DNA of 62,749 nt, filler included, from Candidatus Woesearchaeota archaeon (GCA_030753365.1; 5 parts of 5 records of this genome joined end to end with filler, not necessarily neighbours in it), one strand, 5' to 3'; positions 40,969 to 51,159 are shown, counted from the first letter of the whole stretch. Numbers and translations are program-made. The notes: a model not told the origin generated them from the letters alone.

Positions 40969-43098
40969 TTGATGAGATTTATTGAGACTAAAAGGCAGAA
41001 ATACCTATTTTTATCAGTAACAGCCCTTGGCATATCTTCAATCATCACACAAATCATTGCAATAAGGGAGTTTCTTATAGTGTTTTATGGCAATGAACTC
41101 ATATTTGGCATCATACTAGCAAACTGGCTCTTCATCACAGGCATAGGTGCTTACCTTGGCAAATATTTTGAAAGAAGAAAGATATCCATGTTAATCTTTC
41201 TGCAGATTATAATTGCTTTTCTGCCTTTCTTTTATCTAATGATTATAAGAAACCTTAGAAACATTTTCTTCCTGCCTGGTGAGATGCTTAGCATTACACA
41301 GACATTCCTTAGCACACTATTTATCCTTCTGCCTTACTGCTTAATATCAGGCTTCCTGTTGACCTTTGTCTGCAGTATCTTCTCAAAAGAGGAGAGCCAT
41401 ACTTCAATAGGTAAAGTTTATTTCATAGATAATATAGGAGACATCTTAGGAGGAATCTTGTTCAGTTTTATCTTCATATATCTGCTCACAGCTTTCCAAA
41501 TGGTTTTCTTTCTTATGGTAATCAACCTTTCAGCAGCTTTTCTGCTGTCCAGGCCAACCAAGAAAGCCTTTATCTTATTTCTTATAATATTGTCTTCTAT
41601 TTTATTTTTTAGCTTTGACTTTGAAAGGATAACAAGGCAACAGCAGTATAAAAACCAGAAGCTGTTATTCTATGGAGACACGCTTTATGGAAACCTTGTT
41701 GTAACAGACACAGCAGGCCAGTTAAACTTCTATGAAAATGGCTTAACATTGTTCACTACAGAGAATACAATATCTAATGAAGAAACAGTGCATTATTCGA
41801 TGTCCAACGCAGAAAATCCTAAGAAAATATTATTAATCTCCGGTGGAGTCTCAGGGACTATAAGTGAAATCCAAAAGTACAGTGTAGAAAATATAGACTA
41901 CCTTGAACTTGACCCTAAAATTATTGAGCTTGGTAGAAAATATACCAATAACATTGGCACTGATGTAAATATTATTAACAAAGATGCAAGGTTATTCATA
42001 AAGCAGACAGATGAAAAATATGATGTTATAATAATTGACCTTCCTAGTCCCAGCACTGTACAGTTCAACAGATTTTATACTTCAGAATTCTTCAATGAAG
42101 CCAAGAGAACTCTAAACAAGGATGGAATCCTCTCATTAAGCTTGGTATCATCAGAGAACTATCTTAACACTGAAACAAGAAAGCTGAACTCAGCTTTATA
42201 CAATACATTAAAGCCATACTTCAAAAATATACTAATAATCCCTGGAGACAAAAACTACTTTATTGCTTCTGATAAAGAGCTAACTTATGACATAGTCAGC
42301 TTGATTAAAAATAAGGAAATCGATACAAAATATGTAAATGAATACTATCTAAAGGGAAAGCTAACCCCTGACAGGATTGATTATATACAAAACTCATTAA
42401 TAAAAGACACAAAGCCCAACGAGGACTTCAAGCCAATAACATATTACTATCACTTATTATACTGGCTAAGGAATTTCAGATTAGACATAGGCCTTTTAGT
42501 AATCATTGTTATCTTCATGTTCCTTTACTTGCTTAGAATAAAGCCAATTCCTTTTGCGCTCTTTACAACAGGATTCTCAGCAGCAGCGCTTGAAGTGGTT
42601 GTTCTTATAGGATTCCAGATACTCTATGGCTATGTTTATTCAAAGCTCTCAATAATCATAACAGCTTTTATGATAGGTCTTGTGCTTGGTTCATACTATA
42701 TGAATAAAAAAATAGAAAACATGGGGAAAAAAGAGTTTGTTAGAATAGAATACTCCTTATTCTTTTGTTCTCTTTTAGTTCCGATTATCTTATTCTTATT
42801 AAGCAGAATCAAGAACAGCTTTTTGGTTACAATATCTTCACACACAATACTGCCACTATTCACAATCATTATAGCAATCCTTGTAGGAATGGAATTCCCC
42901 TTAGCTTCAAAACTGTTCTTTAAAGATAAAGTGAGAGAAACAGCAGCTCTGCTTTATAATGCAGACCTTATTGGCGCATGCCTTGGCGCACTGCTTACTT
43001 CAGCGTTGTTGATACCTTTGATTGGTATATTCAAGGTATGCTTGCTTGTTGGAATATTAAATTTGGTTAGCGGGGTTGTTGTTAAGCTTAAAGCATAA
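40969..43098 (+). CDS. Multi-TM membrane protein fused to a spermidine-synthase-like SAM-binding domain
   Basis: TM blocks flank LLISGG..LELDP..DAR.F..YDVIIIDLP. Confidence 0.85.
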   Translation: MMRFIETKRQKYLFLSVTALGISSIITQIIAIREFLIVFYGNELIFGIILANWLFITGIGAYLGKYFERRKISMLIFLQIIIAFLPFFYLMIIRNLRNIFFLPGEMLSITQTFLSTLFILLPYCLISGFLLTFVCSIFSKEESHTSIGKVYFIDNIGDILGGILFSFIFIYLLTAFQMVFFLMVINLSAAFLLSRPTKKAFILFLIILSSILFFSFDFERITRQQQYKNQKLLFYGDTLYGNLVVTDTAGQLNFYENGLTLFTTENTISNEETVHYSMSNAENPKKILLISGGVSGTISEIQKYSVENIDYLELDPKIIELGRKYTNNIGTDVNIINKDARLFIKQTDEKYDVIIIDLPSPSTVQFNRFYTSEFFNEAKRTLNKDGILSLSLVSSENYLNTETRKLNSALYNTLKPYFKNILIIPGDKNYFIASDKELTYDIVSLIKNKEIDTKYVNEYYLKGKLTPDRIDYIQNSLIKDTKPNEDFKPITYYYHLLYWLRNFRLDIGLLVIIVIFMFLYLLRIKPIPFALFTTGFSAAALEVVVLIGFQILYGYVYSKLSIIITAFMIGLVLGSYYMNKKIENMGKKEFVRIEYSLFFCSLLVPIILFLLSRIKNSFLVTISSHTILPLFTIIIAILVGMEFPLASKLFFKDKVRETAALLYNADLIGACLGALLTSALLIPLIGIFKVCLLVGILNLVSGVVVKLKA

Positions 43099-43211
43099 CG
43101 AGAAAATAAAAATTTTCTCTAATTTAGTAAAGTTTTCATTTCATTCAAACTTTATAAATAACCAAAACATTTATATCTTACATTAACTAAACTATTTCTT
43201 GGGGTGATTAT

Positions 43212-43370
43212 ATGATTAGTATGCCTGAATTATTAGTTATTCTTGTAATAGTATTGGTTTTATTTGGACCTAAAAAGCTCCCAGAACTGGCAAGGTCAGT
43301 TGGTGAAAGTGTGAATGCTTACAGGGAAGGCATGGCTGGTAAAAGGAAGCCTAAGAAATTACAGGGTTAA
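43212..43370 (+). CDS. tatA: Twin-arginine translocase subunit TatA (not in the ORF track)
   Basis: MISMPELLVILVIVLVLFGPKKLPELARSVG; GGGGTGA RBS upstream. Confidence 0.92.
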   Translation: MISMPELLVILVIVLVLFGPKKLPELARSVGESVNAYREGMAGKRKPKKLQG

Positions 43371-43414
43371 GTGTTTAGTGGAGCTAATAAAAGAGGTGAT
43401 AGCGAGGTTAATAT

Positions 43415-44101
43415 ATGAAGCTACACCTATATGAACATCTGGATGAACTAAGAAAACGATTCCTTATCATCATCATCTTTCTATTACTCTTCTTTGTCAT
43501 TGGCTTTTCTCTATCCAACTATTTCATTAAAATAATAATAAATGATTTGATACTTATAGAGAATGTTAAGATCATTGGGTTAACACCGGTTGAATACATC
43601 CTTACACAGATAAGAATTGGGTTTATAATATCATTAATTATAACAATACCTATTATAATCTATCAGGCTTTAGTATTCATAATCCCTGGCTTAAGAAGAA
43701 GAGAAAGAGATGCAATAAAGTTTATACTTCCAGCATTCTTTATGTTGTTTGTGTTAGGAATCTCTTTTGCATATTTTATATTCCTTCCTATTGCAATATA
43801 TTTCTTAGGCAACCTTTCTACAGGTGTTGTGGAAAATGTCTGGAGCATCAAAGAGTTTATCAACTTTGTAATATTAAGCTGCCTTGGCTCTGCTTTAGTC
43901 TTTCAGCTGCCCCTCTTGCTTGTTCTTCTAAACAAGCTAAATATTATAAGCTTAAAACAGCTTAAAAAATATAGAAGCCATGTTTATGTGCTTATTTTCC
44001 TAATGTCTGCCTTGATTACTCCGCCTGATATAATTACTATGGTTATCATTGCTCTGCCTTTAATAGTATTATATGAAGTCAGCCTTTTGGCGATAAGATA
44101 A
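43415..44101 (+). CDS. tatC: Twin-arginine translocase subunit TatC
   Basis: HLDELRKR, PGL...E, FQLP, ITPPD, PL..LYE. Confidence 0.95.
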   Translation: MKLHLYEHLDELRKRFLIIIIFLLLFFVIGFSLSNYFIKIIINDLILIENVKIIGLTPVEYILTQIRIGFIISLIITIPIIIYQALVFIIPGLRRRERDAIKFILPAFFMLFVLGISFAYFIFLPIAIYFLGNLSTGVVENVWSIKEFINFVILSCLGSALVFQLPLLLVLLNKLNIISLKQLKKYRSHVYVLIFLMSALITPPDIITMVIIALPLIVLYEVSLLAIR

Positions 44102-44103
44102 TC

Positions 44104-45309
44104 CTAAACATTCCAGACCCCAGCTATCTTATAACCACAGAACTTACAGTTTCCATTACTTAGATTCTTTTCTGTAATTAAATAACCTTTCCTTCCGATT
44201 ACTATCCTGCCGCATCTGGGGCAAAAAGTGTTCTCAGCCTCAGTGCCTGGAACATTCCCAATATAGACGTACTTCAAGCCTTCATCCATTGCAATCTTTC
44301 TTGCATTGTTCAAAACATTGATTGGTGTTGGCTGGATATGCGTAAGCTTATACATTGGACTGAATCTTGATAAATGCAATGGATAATCATCAAGCCCATT
44401 CTTATGAAGCCATTGGCACATCTCCCTTATCATGTCCAGGTTATCAGTCCAGGTTGGCACTATAAGGTTAGTCATCTCAAACCAAAGTTTCTCTTCTTTT
44501 GCTATTTTTAGAGTGTTAAGGATAGGCTCTAAGGTTGCGCCGTTTAGTTTGTTATAGATTTTCTCACTAAAGCCTTTAAGGTCAATGTTAGCAGCATCTA
44601 TCACCTTACACAAATCCCTGAAAGGCTTTTCATTAATATAGCCGGCGGTAACCATTACATTCTTAAGCCCTTGCTGTTTAGCTATCTTTGATGTGTCATA
44701 CATATACTCATAGAAGATTACAGGTTCTGAATAAGTATAAGCAATTGATTTGCAATTCTTCTGTATTGCAGCGTTTACAACTGTTTCTGGCATTAGGTCA
44801 TAGTTGTTAGTTTCTTCTGGCTGGAACTGTGATATCTGCCAGTTCTGGCAGTTAAGGCATCTTAGGTTGCAGCCTGCTGTTGCAATAGAAAAGATTGAAG
44901 ATGAGGGCAGGAAATGAAACAATGGCTTTTTTTCAATAGGGTCAACATGCACAGAACATGGGTTGCCATAGGCTAGAGAATAGAGCTTGCCGTCCTTATT
45001 TACTCTTGTCCTGCATATTCCCCTGTCATCAGGTGCTAAACTACATTTATGAGGGCATAGTTCGCATTGGACGTTTTCATTTATTTGCTTATAGTACAAT
45101 GCTTCCTTAGACCATTTCCATAAAGTATCAGGAGCAGAATTTGGAAAAATATCAGGCAATGAACCTGAGCTTCTGCTGAACAAGTGGTTATAGCCATAAG
45201 CAGAAGTTGCCAACCCGCCTATTCCTATAAAGCTGTACTTAAGGAACTCTCTTCTTGATATCTTCTTCTTTAGAAGCTTATTTACAGGATTATTCTCTTC
45301 TTCCCCCAT
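44104..45309 (-). CDS. AmmeMemoRadiSAM-system radical SAM enzyme with a Tat signal peptide
   Basis: ISRREFLK plus h-region; CELCPHKC, VDPIEKKPLFHFLP, GCNLRCLNCQNW, YVYIGNVPG..TFCPRC. Confidence 0.92.
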   Translation of the reverse strand: MGEEENNPVNKLLKKKISRREFLKYSFIGIGGLATSAYGYNHLFSRSSGSLPDIFPNSAPDTLWKWSKEALYYKQINENVQCELCPHKCSLAPDDRGICRTRVNKDGKLYSLAYGNPCSVHVDPIEKKPLFHFLPSSSIFSIATAGCNLRCLNCQNWQISQFQPEETNNYDLMPETVVNAAIQKNCKSIAYTYSEPVIFYEYMYDTSKIAKQQGLKNVMVTAGYINEKPFRDLCKVIDAANIDLKGFSEKIYNKLNGATLEPILNTLKIAKEEKLWFEMTNLIVPTWTDNLDMIREMCQWLHKNGLDDYPLHLSRFSPMYKLTHIQPTPINVLNNARKIAMDEGLKYVYIGNVPGTEAENTFCPRCGRIVIGRKGYLITEKNLSNGNCKFCGYKIAGVWNV

Positions 45310-45380
45310 ACAGAAAGTTATGATTGTTTATTTATTTAAATTGTTGTAAATTCCTCGTTGCTTTTCGATGGTTGGGATTT

Positions 45381-46091
45381 TTATCTTATCTTTGATTCAG
45401 CCTTCAACGCCAAATCTCCAACACATCCTATTGGACAAAAATAATTGCACCATAACCTTGGGATAAAGAATGCTAAAATAAAAATAACTAGAGAAACTAA
45501 AGCAGTTATTAAATAAAACTCATAAGTTCCTATGAACAATCCAAAATAAAAGTCAGGCTTGAATATTAAGCTCAATACTACAATAGCTGTAAACAACAAA
45601 ACAAGATATCTAAGATTCTTCAACCATCCTGGCAACTTTATCCTCTTCTTTGATACTTTGCTTTGGTAATCCTGCAATGTTCCAAAAGGGCAGAGCTTAA
45701 AGCACCAGAACCTTCTATCCAAATTCAGCACTAAAAATGATGGGACAATAAAAGGAACCAGCTCACCCCAAGGGCACTTCTTTGGGCATGCCCTGCAGAG
45801 GATATAAGGCACTTTGAAATAACATTTGAACAAAGGCAAAACAACGGCAGGAAGGAATATTAATCCATAGATAATCTTTAACACATTGTTCTTCACATTA
45901 AACTTCTTAAACAGCTTCAGAAAGATTATCACAAAAGCAGCAATCAATGAAAAATAAACAATAAAATAATAATCATTGCTCCAGAAAAAGCTTAGATATT
46001 TCCTAATGTTTTCTTGAAGAGCATAATAACCAAGTATAGTGATTAAGATAAGGCTTACAGTAAGGCTGAGCAAGATCTTTGGTTTTTTCAT
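45381..46091 (-). CDS. Membrane 4Fe-4S binding protein (NapH/MauN-like)
   Basis: CRACP..CPWG, WCFKLCPFG and WCNYFCPIG motifs; TM helices. Confidence 0.85.
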   Translation of the reverse strand: MKKPKILLSLTVSLILITILGYYALQENIRKYLSFFWSNDYYFIVYFSLIAAFVIIFLKLFKKFNVKNNVLKIIYGLIFLPAVVLPLFKCYFKVPYILCRACPKKCPWGELVPFIVPSFLVLNLDRRFWCFKLCPFGTLQDYQSKVSKKRIKLPGWLKNLRYLVLLFTAIVVLSLIFKPDFYFGLFIGTYEFYLITALVSLVIFILAFFIPRLWCNYFCPIGCVGDLALKAESKIR

Positions 46092-46173
46092 TAGTTTAAT
46101 GTGGGTAGATGCTTTTTATATATATTTTGTTTCTAATCTTCGAAAACCCAAAGATTTCCAAAAAGTTTATATA

Positions 46174-46205
46174 GTAAAGCTTACTTTACGTATAGTTAGC
46201 TTTAC
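46174..46205. promoter_or_regulatory. Inverted-repeat operator upstream of the XRE regulator
   Basis: GTAAAGCTTAC-N10-GTTAGCTTTAC just downstream of AAAAGTTTATATA. Confidence 0.65.
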
Positions 46206-46212
46206 ATGTGCA

Positions 46213-46410
46213 ATGGCATTAACAAAAAACAACCTGAGAAACTTCAGGAAAAAAGCAGGATTAAGCCAGGAGAAACTGGCTGATAAGGTTAGTGTCACAA
46301 GGCAGACAATAATATCAATAGAGAATGGAAAATATGTTCCTTCATTAGAACTGGCATTGAAGTTTGCTAAACAATTCAAATGTAAAGTTGAAAACCTGTT
46401 TGGAGTTTAA
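46213..46410 (+). CDS. XRE-family HTH regulator
   Basis: LSQEKLADKVSVTRQTIISIENGKYVPSLELA. Confidence 0.92.
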   Translation: MALTKNNLRNFRKKAGLSQEKLADKVSVTRQTIISIENGKYVPSLELALKFAKQFKCKVENLFGV

Positions 46411-46411
46411 C

Positions 46412-46621
46412 ATGGACAAACACATAAAAAAAGCATTGAAATTAATTGGCTTAGCAATAGTCTTATTCATAGTGTTTGTTATACTGCATAATCTTGTTTC
46501 TGCTTTATTTAATGCTGAAGAGCCTGTGTTCTTTATCTTGGCTTTGATAACAGGATTGATAGGAATTCCTGCTTCAATTATTTATTTAGTTGTTGCAATT
46601 GTCAAGAACCGTTCGTCATAG
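46412..46621 (+). CDS. Small two-TM membrane protein
   Basis: ILHNLVSALFNAEEPVFFILA; two hydrophobic helices. Confidence 0.65.
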   Translation: MDKHIKKALKLIGLAIVLFIVFVILHNLVSALFNAEEPVFFILALITGLIGIPASIIYLVVAIVKNRSS

Positions 46622-46765
46622 ATAGGTGGTATGCAAGGCAAAGCCTTGTAAGCTATACCATGTTTATGGCGGTTCTTGAGCATGCTCAGAAATATAACAC
46701 CTTCCAAAAATGGATTGTGGACTTCGTCCACTGGTTATGAAACTAGTGGTATATTTCTGACACAT
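46602..46765 (+). ncRNA. Candidate structured RNA or folded-DNA element (long hairpin plus multi-branched stem)
   Basis: Stems TCAAGAACCG/CGGTTCTTGA, CAAGGC-AAA-GCCTTG, TCAGAAATATA/TATATTTCTGA, GTGGAC-TTC-GTCCAC. Confidence 0.45.
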
Positions 46766-46789
46766 TAAGAAATATAAAGGTGATAAAAA

Positions 46790-47224
46790 ATGATAGGAAA
46801 ACCAGAATGGTTCACGTACAGAATATTTGGCTGGGGATTAAGGCCAAGGACATGGCAAGGCTGGGTTTATGTAGTAGTCTTTGTAGCTTTATTTATGGGG
46901 ACAGCTTCAATGCCAATACCTGAAACCACTAAGATGAGTATAATGTGGGTTTTGATGGGCATATTGATAATTGATGCAGTCCATATAATGACATCTTTGC
47001 ATAAGTTCCATGATGAAAGGCAGAACCTGCATCATTTAATCATTGAAAGGAATGTATCCCTTGCAGCAGTGCTTGCTTTGGTTGGAGTTGCTTTATTGCA
47101 GACATACCAAAACAGAGGAATAACAGTCAGTGGACTGCCATTTGACTGGTCTATTGCTGTGATTCTAGGAGTGATGGTATTAACAAAAGGAATCTCAACA
47201 TTTTATGTGAATAAGAAGATGTGA
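46790..47224 (+). CDS. Membrane protein
   Basis: WF..R.FGWG..P.TWQGW motif; four TM helices; DER motif. Confidence 0.7.
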   Translation: MIGKPEWFTYRIFGWGLRPRTWQGWVYVVVFVALFMGTASMPIPETTKMSIMWVLMGILIIDAVHIMTSLHKFHDERQNLHHLIIERNVSLAAVLALVGVALLQTYQNRGITVSGLPFDWSIAVILGVMVLTKGISTFYVNKKM

Positions 47225-47300
47225 GTTTAACCAGTATACTCCAAAAGAATAAGTTTATTATATCCCTTATATATCTCTACCCTTAATGGGGTGAGATATT

Positions 47301-48656
47301 ATGGAAATCTTCAAAGCTTATGATATAAGAGGAGTATATCCAGATGATTTGGATGAGGATAAAGCCTATAAAATAGGCAGAGCTTTTATTAAGTTATTAA
47401 AAAAAGAAGATTCTAATAAAAGCAAACTTACAGTTGTGGTAAGCAGAGACATGCGTTTATCATCACCTTCATTATCAAAAGAGGTTATCAAAGGCATAAC
47501 AGATGAAGGGGCAGATGTTGTTGACATTGGGCTTTCTTCAACGCCAACATTCTATTATGCAGTTGCAAAGTATGGTTATGATGGCGGCCTTCAGGTGTCT
47601 GCATCGCATAATCCTAAAGAATACAATGGGATAAAAGTAGTAAGAGCGAAAGCTTTTCCTGTTGGTTTAGAGAATGGCTTGGATAAGATAAAAGAAATCT
47701 GTTTAAAAGATAATTTTTCAGAGCCAAAAGAAAAAGGCAATGTATCAAAAAAAGAAGATGTTCTTCCGGAGCTTGTGCAATACTCTTTGAAATTCTATGA
47801 CTTTCCTATAAAGCCATTAAAAGTTGTTGCAGACACAGCAAACTCAATGGGCGCTCTTGACATTGAAGAGCTTTTCAAAAACATTCCCTGTGAGCTTGTT
47901 AAGATGAACTTTGAGCTTGACGGAACTTTCCCAGCGCATCAGGCGGATCCTTTTCAGGAAAAGAATGTAAAAGACCTGAAGAAAAAAGTTGTTGAAGAGG
48001 AAGCAGATCTTGGCATAGCAACTGATGGTGATGGGGACAGAATATTCTTTGTTGATGACAAAGGAACCTTAATTGAACCGGCCATAATAAGAGGCATTAT
48101 ATCTAGAGTTGTGCTAGGACATCATCCTAACTCTAAAATCTGCTATGACATAAGGCCTGGCATGATAACAAAAGATATGATAGTTGAGAATGGAGGAACT
48201 CCTATAGTAACAAAAGTGGGCCATTCCCTAATAAAAAAGAAGGCTATTGAAGAAGGGGCAGAATTTGCAGGCGAATCTTCCGGTCACTTTTTTGTTAAAA
48301 CAGAGTATGGCTTTTTTGAAACTCCTTTGATAATTGCTTTAATTATTATGGATGAGATATCAAAGAATGGAAGCATATCAAAAATAGTAAAGCCGCTTAG
48401 AAAATATTTTCATTCAGGTGAAATCAATTCAAAAGTAGATAATAAAGAAGGAATTATGGAAAAACTTAAAGAAAAATACAGTGATGGAAAAGTTTCTACA
48501 CTTGACGGTGTTTCAGTTGAATATGATGATTGGTGGTTCAATGTAAGGCCATCTAACACAGAATCATTGTTAAGGCTTAATCTTGAAGCAAGAACAAAGA
48601 AAAGGATGGAAGAGAAGAAGAAAGAGGTGCTTGAAATCATTAAAAGCAATGGGTGA
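47301..48656 (+). CDS. Phosphomannomutase/phosphoglucomutase
   Basis: FKAYDIRG, SASHNP, DGDGDR, GESSGH, RPSNTE. Confidence 0.95.
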   Translation: MEIFKAYDIRGVYPDDLDEDKAYKIGRAFIKLLKKEDSNKSKLTVVVSRDMRLSSPSLSKEVIKGITDEGADVVDIGLSSTPTFYYAVAKYGYDGGLQVSASHNPKEYNGIKVVRAKAFPVGLENGLDKIKEICLKDNFSEPKEKGNVSKKEDVLPELVQYSLKFYDFPIKPLKVVADTANSMGALDIEELFKNIPCELVKMNFELDGTFPAHQADPFQEKNVKDLKKKVVEEEADLGIATDGDGDRIFFVDDKGTLIEPAIIRGIISRVVLGHHPNSKICYDIRPGMITKDMIVENGGTPIVTKVGHSLIKKKAIEEGAEFAGESSGHFFVKTEYGFFETPLIIALIIMDEISKNGSISKIVKPLRKYFHSGEINSKVDNKEGIMEKLKEKYSDGKVSTLDGVSVEYDDWWFNVRPSNTESLLRLNLEARTKKRMEEKKKEVLEIIKSNG

Positions 48657-48662
48657 TAACTA

Positions 48663-49487
48663 ATGAAAATATTCATAGACACAGCAAAGTTGGAAGAAAT
48701 TAAGGAAGCATATTCTTTAGGCATTCTAGATGGTGTAACAACCAATCCAAGCCTTATTAAGAAGATTGTTGATGAGCTTAAGGCTAAAGGGGAAAAGGTT
48801 GACATGGAGTCTTATATCAAAGAGATATTAGAGTTGGCAAAAGGAACGCCTGTAAGCCTTGAAGTGATTGGAACAAGCCATGAAGATATGGTAAAAGAAG
48901 GCAAAAGATTGTATGAGAAGTTTAATCCTGTTGCAGGCAATGTTTATATCAAGATACCAGTTAATCCTGCGCTTGATGATAAATCCGGAGCAGCATTTGA
49001 TGGCATCAAGGCAGTAAAAGAACTATCTGATGCTGGCATACCAGTAAACTGCACTTTAATCTTCACACCTGAGCAGGCTTTGTTAGCTGCAAAAGCTGGA
49101 GCAAAATTTGTAAGCCCTTTTGCAGGCAGAGTTGATGATTTCATAAGAACTAATAATAATATTTCTTTTGAGAAAACTGATTATTTCCCTGCTGAAGGCA
49201 CGAAGAAAGAAGATAAGTTTATGGAAGACAATGGTGTTGTCTCAGGTGTTGACTTGATAGCGCAGATATCTGAGCTTTTTAATGTGCAGAACATAACAGA
49301 AACAGAAGTTCTGGCAGCAAGCATAAGGAGTGCAAGGCAGGCAAGAGAAGCTGCTTTAGTGGGAGCAGATATTGCAACATTACCTTTTGGTGTAATCAAA
49401 GAATTGTTAATGCATTCCAAGACAATAGAAGGCATGAACAAGTTTGTGGGAGATGTTGTAGATGAATATTCTGAATTAGTTAAGTAA
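48663..49487 (+). CDS. tal: Transaldolase
   Basis: DTA, GVTTNPS, IKIP, NCTLIF, SPFAGR, AASIR. Confidence 0.93.
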   Translation: MKIFIDTAKLEEIKEAYSLGILDGVTTNPSLIKKIVDELKAKGEKVDMESYIKEILELAKGTPVSLEVIGTSHEDMVKEGKRLYEKFNPVAGNVYIKIPVNPALDDKSGAAFDGIKAVKELSDAGIPVNCTLIFTPEQALLAAKAGAKFVSPFAGRVDDFIRTNNNISFEKTDYFPAEGTKKEDKFMEDNGVVSGVDLIAQISELFNVQNITETEVLAASIRSARQAREAALVGADIATLPFGVIKELLMHSKTIEGMNKFVGDVVDEYSELVK

Positions 49488-49564
49488 TTTAAACCTTTTT
49501 TTTCTTTATTTTCCTTTTTTTCTCCGTTAAATATATAACTAAAAGCTCCATTTCTTAATATATT

Positions 49565-50719
49565 ATGATATATGACTATATAATCATCCATTATGATGAA
49601 ATAGGCCTTAAAGGAAAGAATAGGGGCAGCTTTGAAGAGCTCTTGATTAGTAACATTGAGATAAAATTAAAGAGTTTAATGAAGTCCTGCTTTCGTGAGT
49701 CTGGGCATATTACTATTGAAATTGATGGAAAAGCAAACATATCAAAAATAAAGGAAGCTCTCTCGCAAATACCTGGAATTGCTTATTTTTCATTAGCAAA
49801 AAGGGTTGAACTAAACCTTGATTCATTGAAGAAAGAAGCTATAAATTTCTTAGAAGATAAAGAGTATGATTCGTTCAAAGTAAACGCTGTAAGGCATGAC
49901 AAAGGTTTTGAATTAAATTCAATGGAACTTAACTCTAAGTTAGGAGAAGTGATAATCAAAGCTCTTAACAAAAAAGTAAAGATGAAATCCCCTGATATAA
50001 TGCTAAAGATTGAACTATCAAAAAAGTCTGCTTACATCTCTAATGAAGATATCAAAGGCGTTGGAGGTCTTCCAACAAATCCTCAGCAGAAGGTTGTTGC
50101 ATTGTTATCAGGTGGGTTTGACAGCCCTGTTGCAGCTTATCTAATGATGAAAAGAGGTTGTGAAGTAATCCTTGTTCATTTCCATAACAAGAACCAGGCA
50201 TCCTCATCTGTGGAAAGCAAAATAACAAAGCTGGCAGAGCAGTTATCAAAGTTTCAGGTTAAGACAAAATTGTATATTGTTCCTTTTGAAAGTCTTCAGA
50301 AAGAAATCATTATGAAGGTTAACTCAAAGCTAAGAATGCTGGTTTACAGAAGGTTTATGTTGAAAATAGCTTCTGAAGTAGCAGGAATGAATAAAGCAAA
50401 ATTTTTGATAGTTGGAGACAGCCTTTCACAAGTAGCATCGCAAACCTTTGAAAACCTTGAAGCAACATATACTGGTTTGGATAAGCATGTTCTTTCTCCT
50501 CTAATAGGGCTTGATAAAAGAGAAATCATAGAAATTTCTAAAAGAATTGGCACATATGAAATATCAGCAATGCCTTATGGAGACTGTTGCAGCTATTTTT
50601 TAGCTAAACACCCTACATTGAAAGCTGATGTAAAATTATTAGAGAAGAATGAAGCTTTGTTTGACGTTGATAAGCTGGTTGAAGATGTTTTGAGTAAATC
50701 TAGGGTTATAGGCTTTTAG
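49565..50719 (+). CDS. thiI: tRNA 4-thiouridine synthase ThiI
   Basis: EIGLKGKNR, THUMP domain, LSGGFDS, SLSQVASQT, DCC. Confidence 0.95.
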   Translation: MIYDYIIIHYDEIGLKGKNRGSFEELLISNIEIKLKSLMKSCFRESGHITIEIDGKANISKIKEALSQIPGIAYFSLAKRVELNLDSLKKEAINFLEDKEYDSFKVNAVRHDKGFELNSMELNSKLGEVIIKALNKKVKMKSPDIMLKIELSKKSAYISNEDIKGVGGLPTNPQQKVVALLSGGFDSPVAAYLMMKRGCEVILVHFHNKNQASSSVESKITKLAEQLSKFQVKTKLYIVPFESLQKEIIMKVNSKLRMLVYRRFMLKIASEVAGMNKAKFLIVGDSLSQVASQTFENLEATYTGLDKHVLSPLIGLDKREIIEISKRIGTYEISAMPYGDCCSYFLAKHPTLKADVKLLEKNEALFDVDKLVEDVLSKSRVIGF

Positions 50720-50749
50720 TAAGGATTTATGTTTAAAGAGATTTAATCT

Positions 50750-51028
50750 TCAGCGGTTATGATTCCGCCCAATATATCCTATTAATTCATCAACAGTTTC
50801 AAAACTAAAAATGTTATCATCTGGAATACTTATTCCTGACTCTTCTTCAATATAATATATAATTCCATATATATCAAGACTATCAATACCTAAATCAGTT
50901 ACTAGGTTACTGTCAGGACTTATCTCTTCTTGTTCAATGTCCTTCATTTCAGAAATTACTTTTCGTACTATTTCATAAAGTGGACTTTCCTCAGAACTCA
51001 TTTCTTCTTGTTTATTCTCGTCGTTCAT
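50750..51028 (-). CDS. acpP: Acyl carrier protein
   Basis: DLGIDSLD phosphopantetheine site; IEEE.GI.IPD; TV.ELI.YI; acidic. Confidence 0.85.
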   Translation of the reverse strand: MNDENKQEEMSSEESPLYEIVRKVISEMKDIEQEEISPDSNLVTDLGIDSLDIYGIIYYIEEESGISIPDDNIFSFETVDELIGYIGRNHNR

Positions 51029-51159
51029 TTTTATGAGTATTTTTGAGGTTATATATAAANNNNNNNNNNNNNNNNNNNNNNNNNNNNNNNNNNNNNNNNN
51101 NNNTTAATTAATTAANNNNNNNNNNNNNNNNNNNNNNNNNNNNNNNNNNNNNNNNNNNN

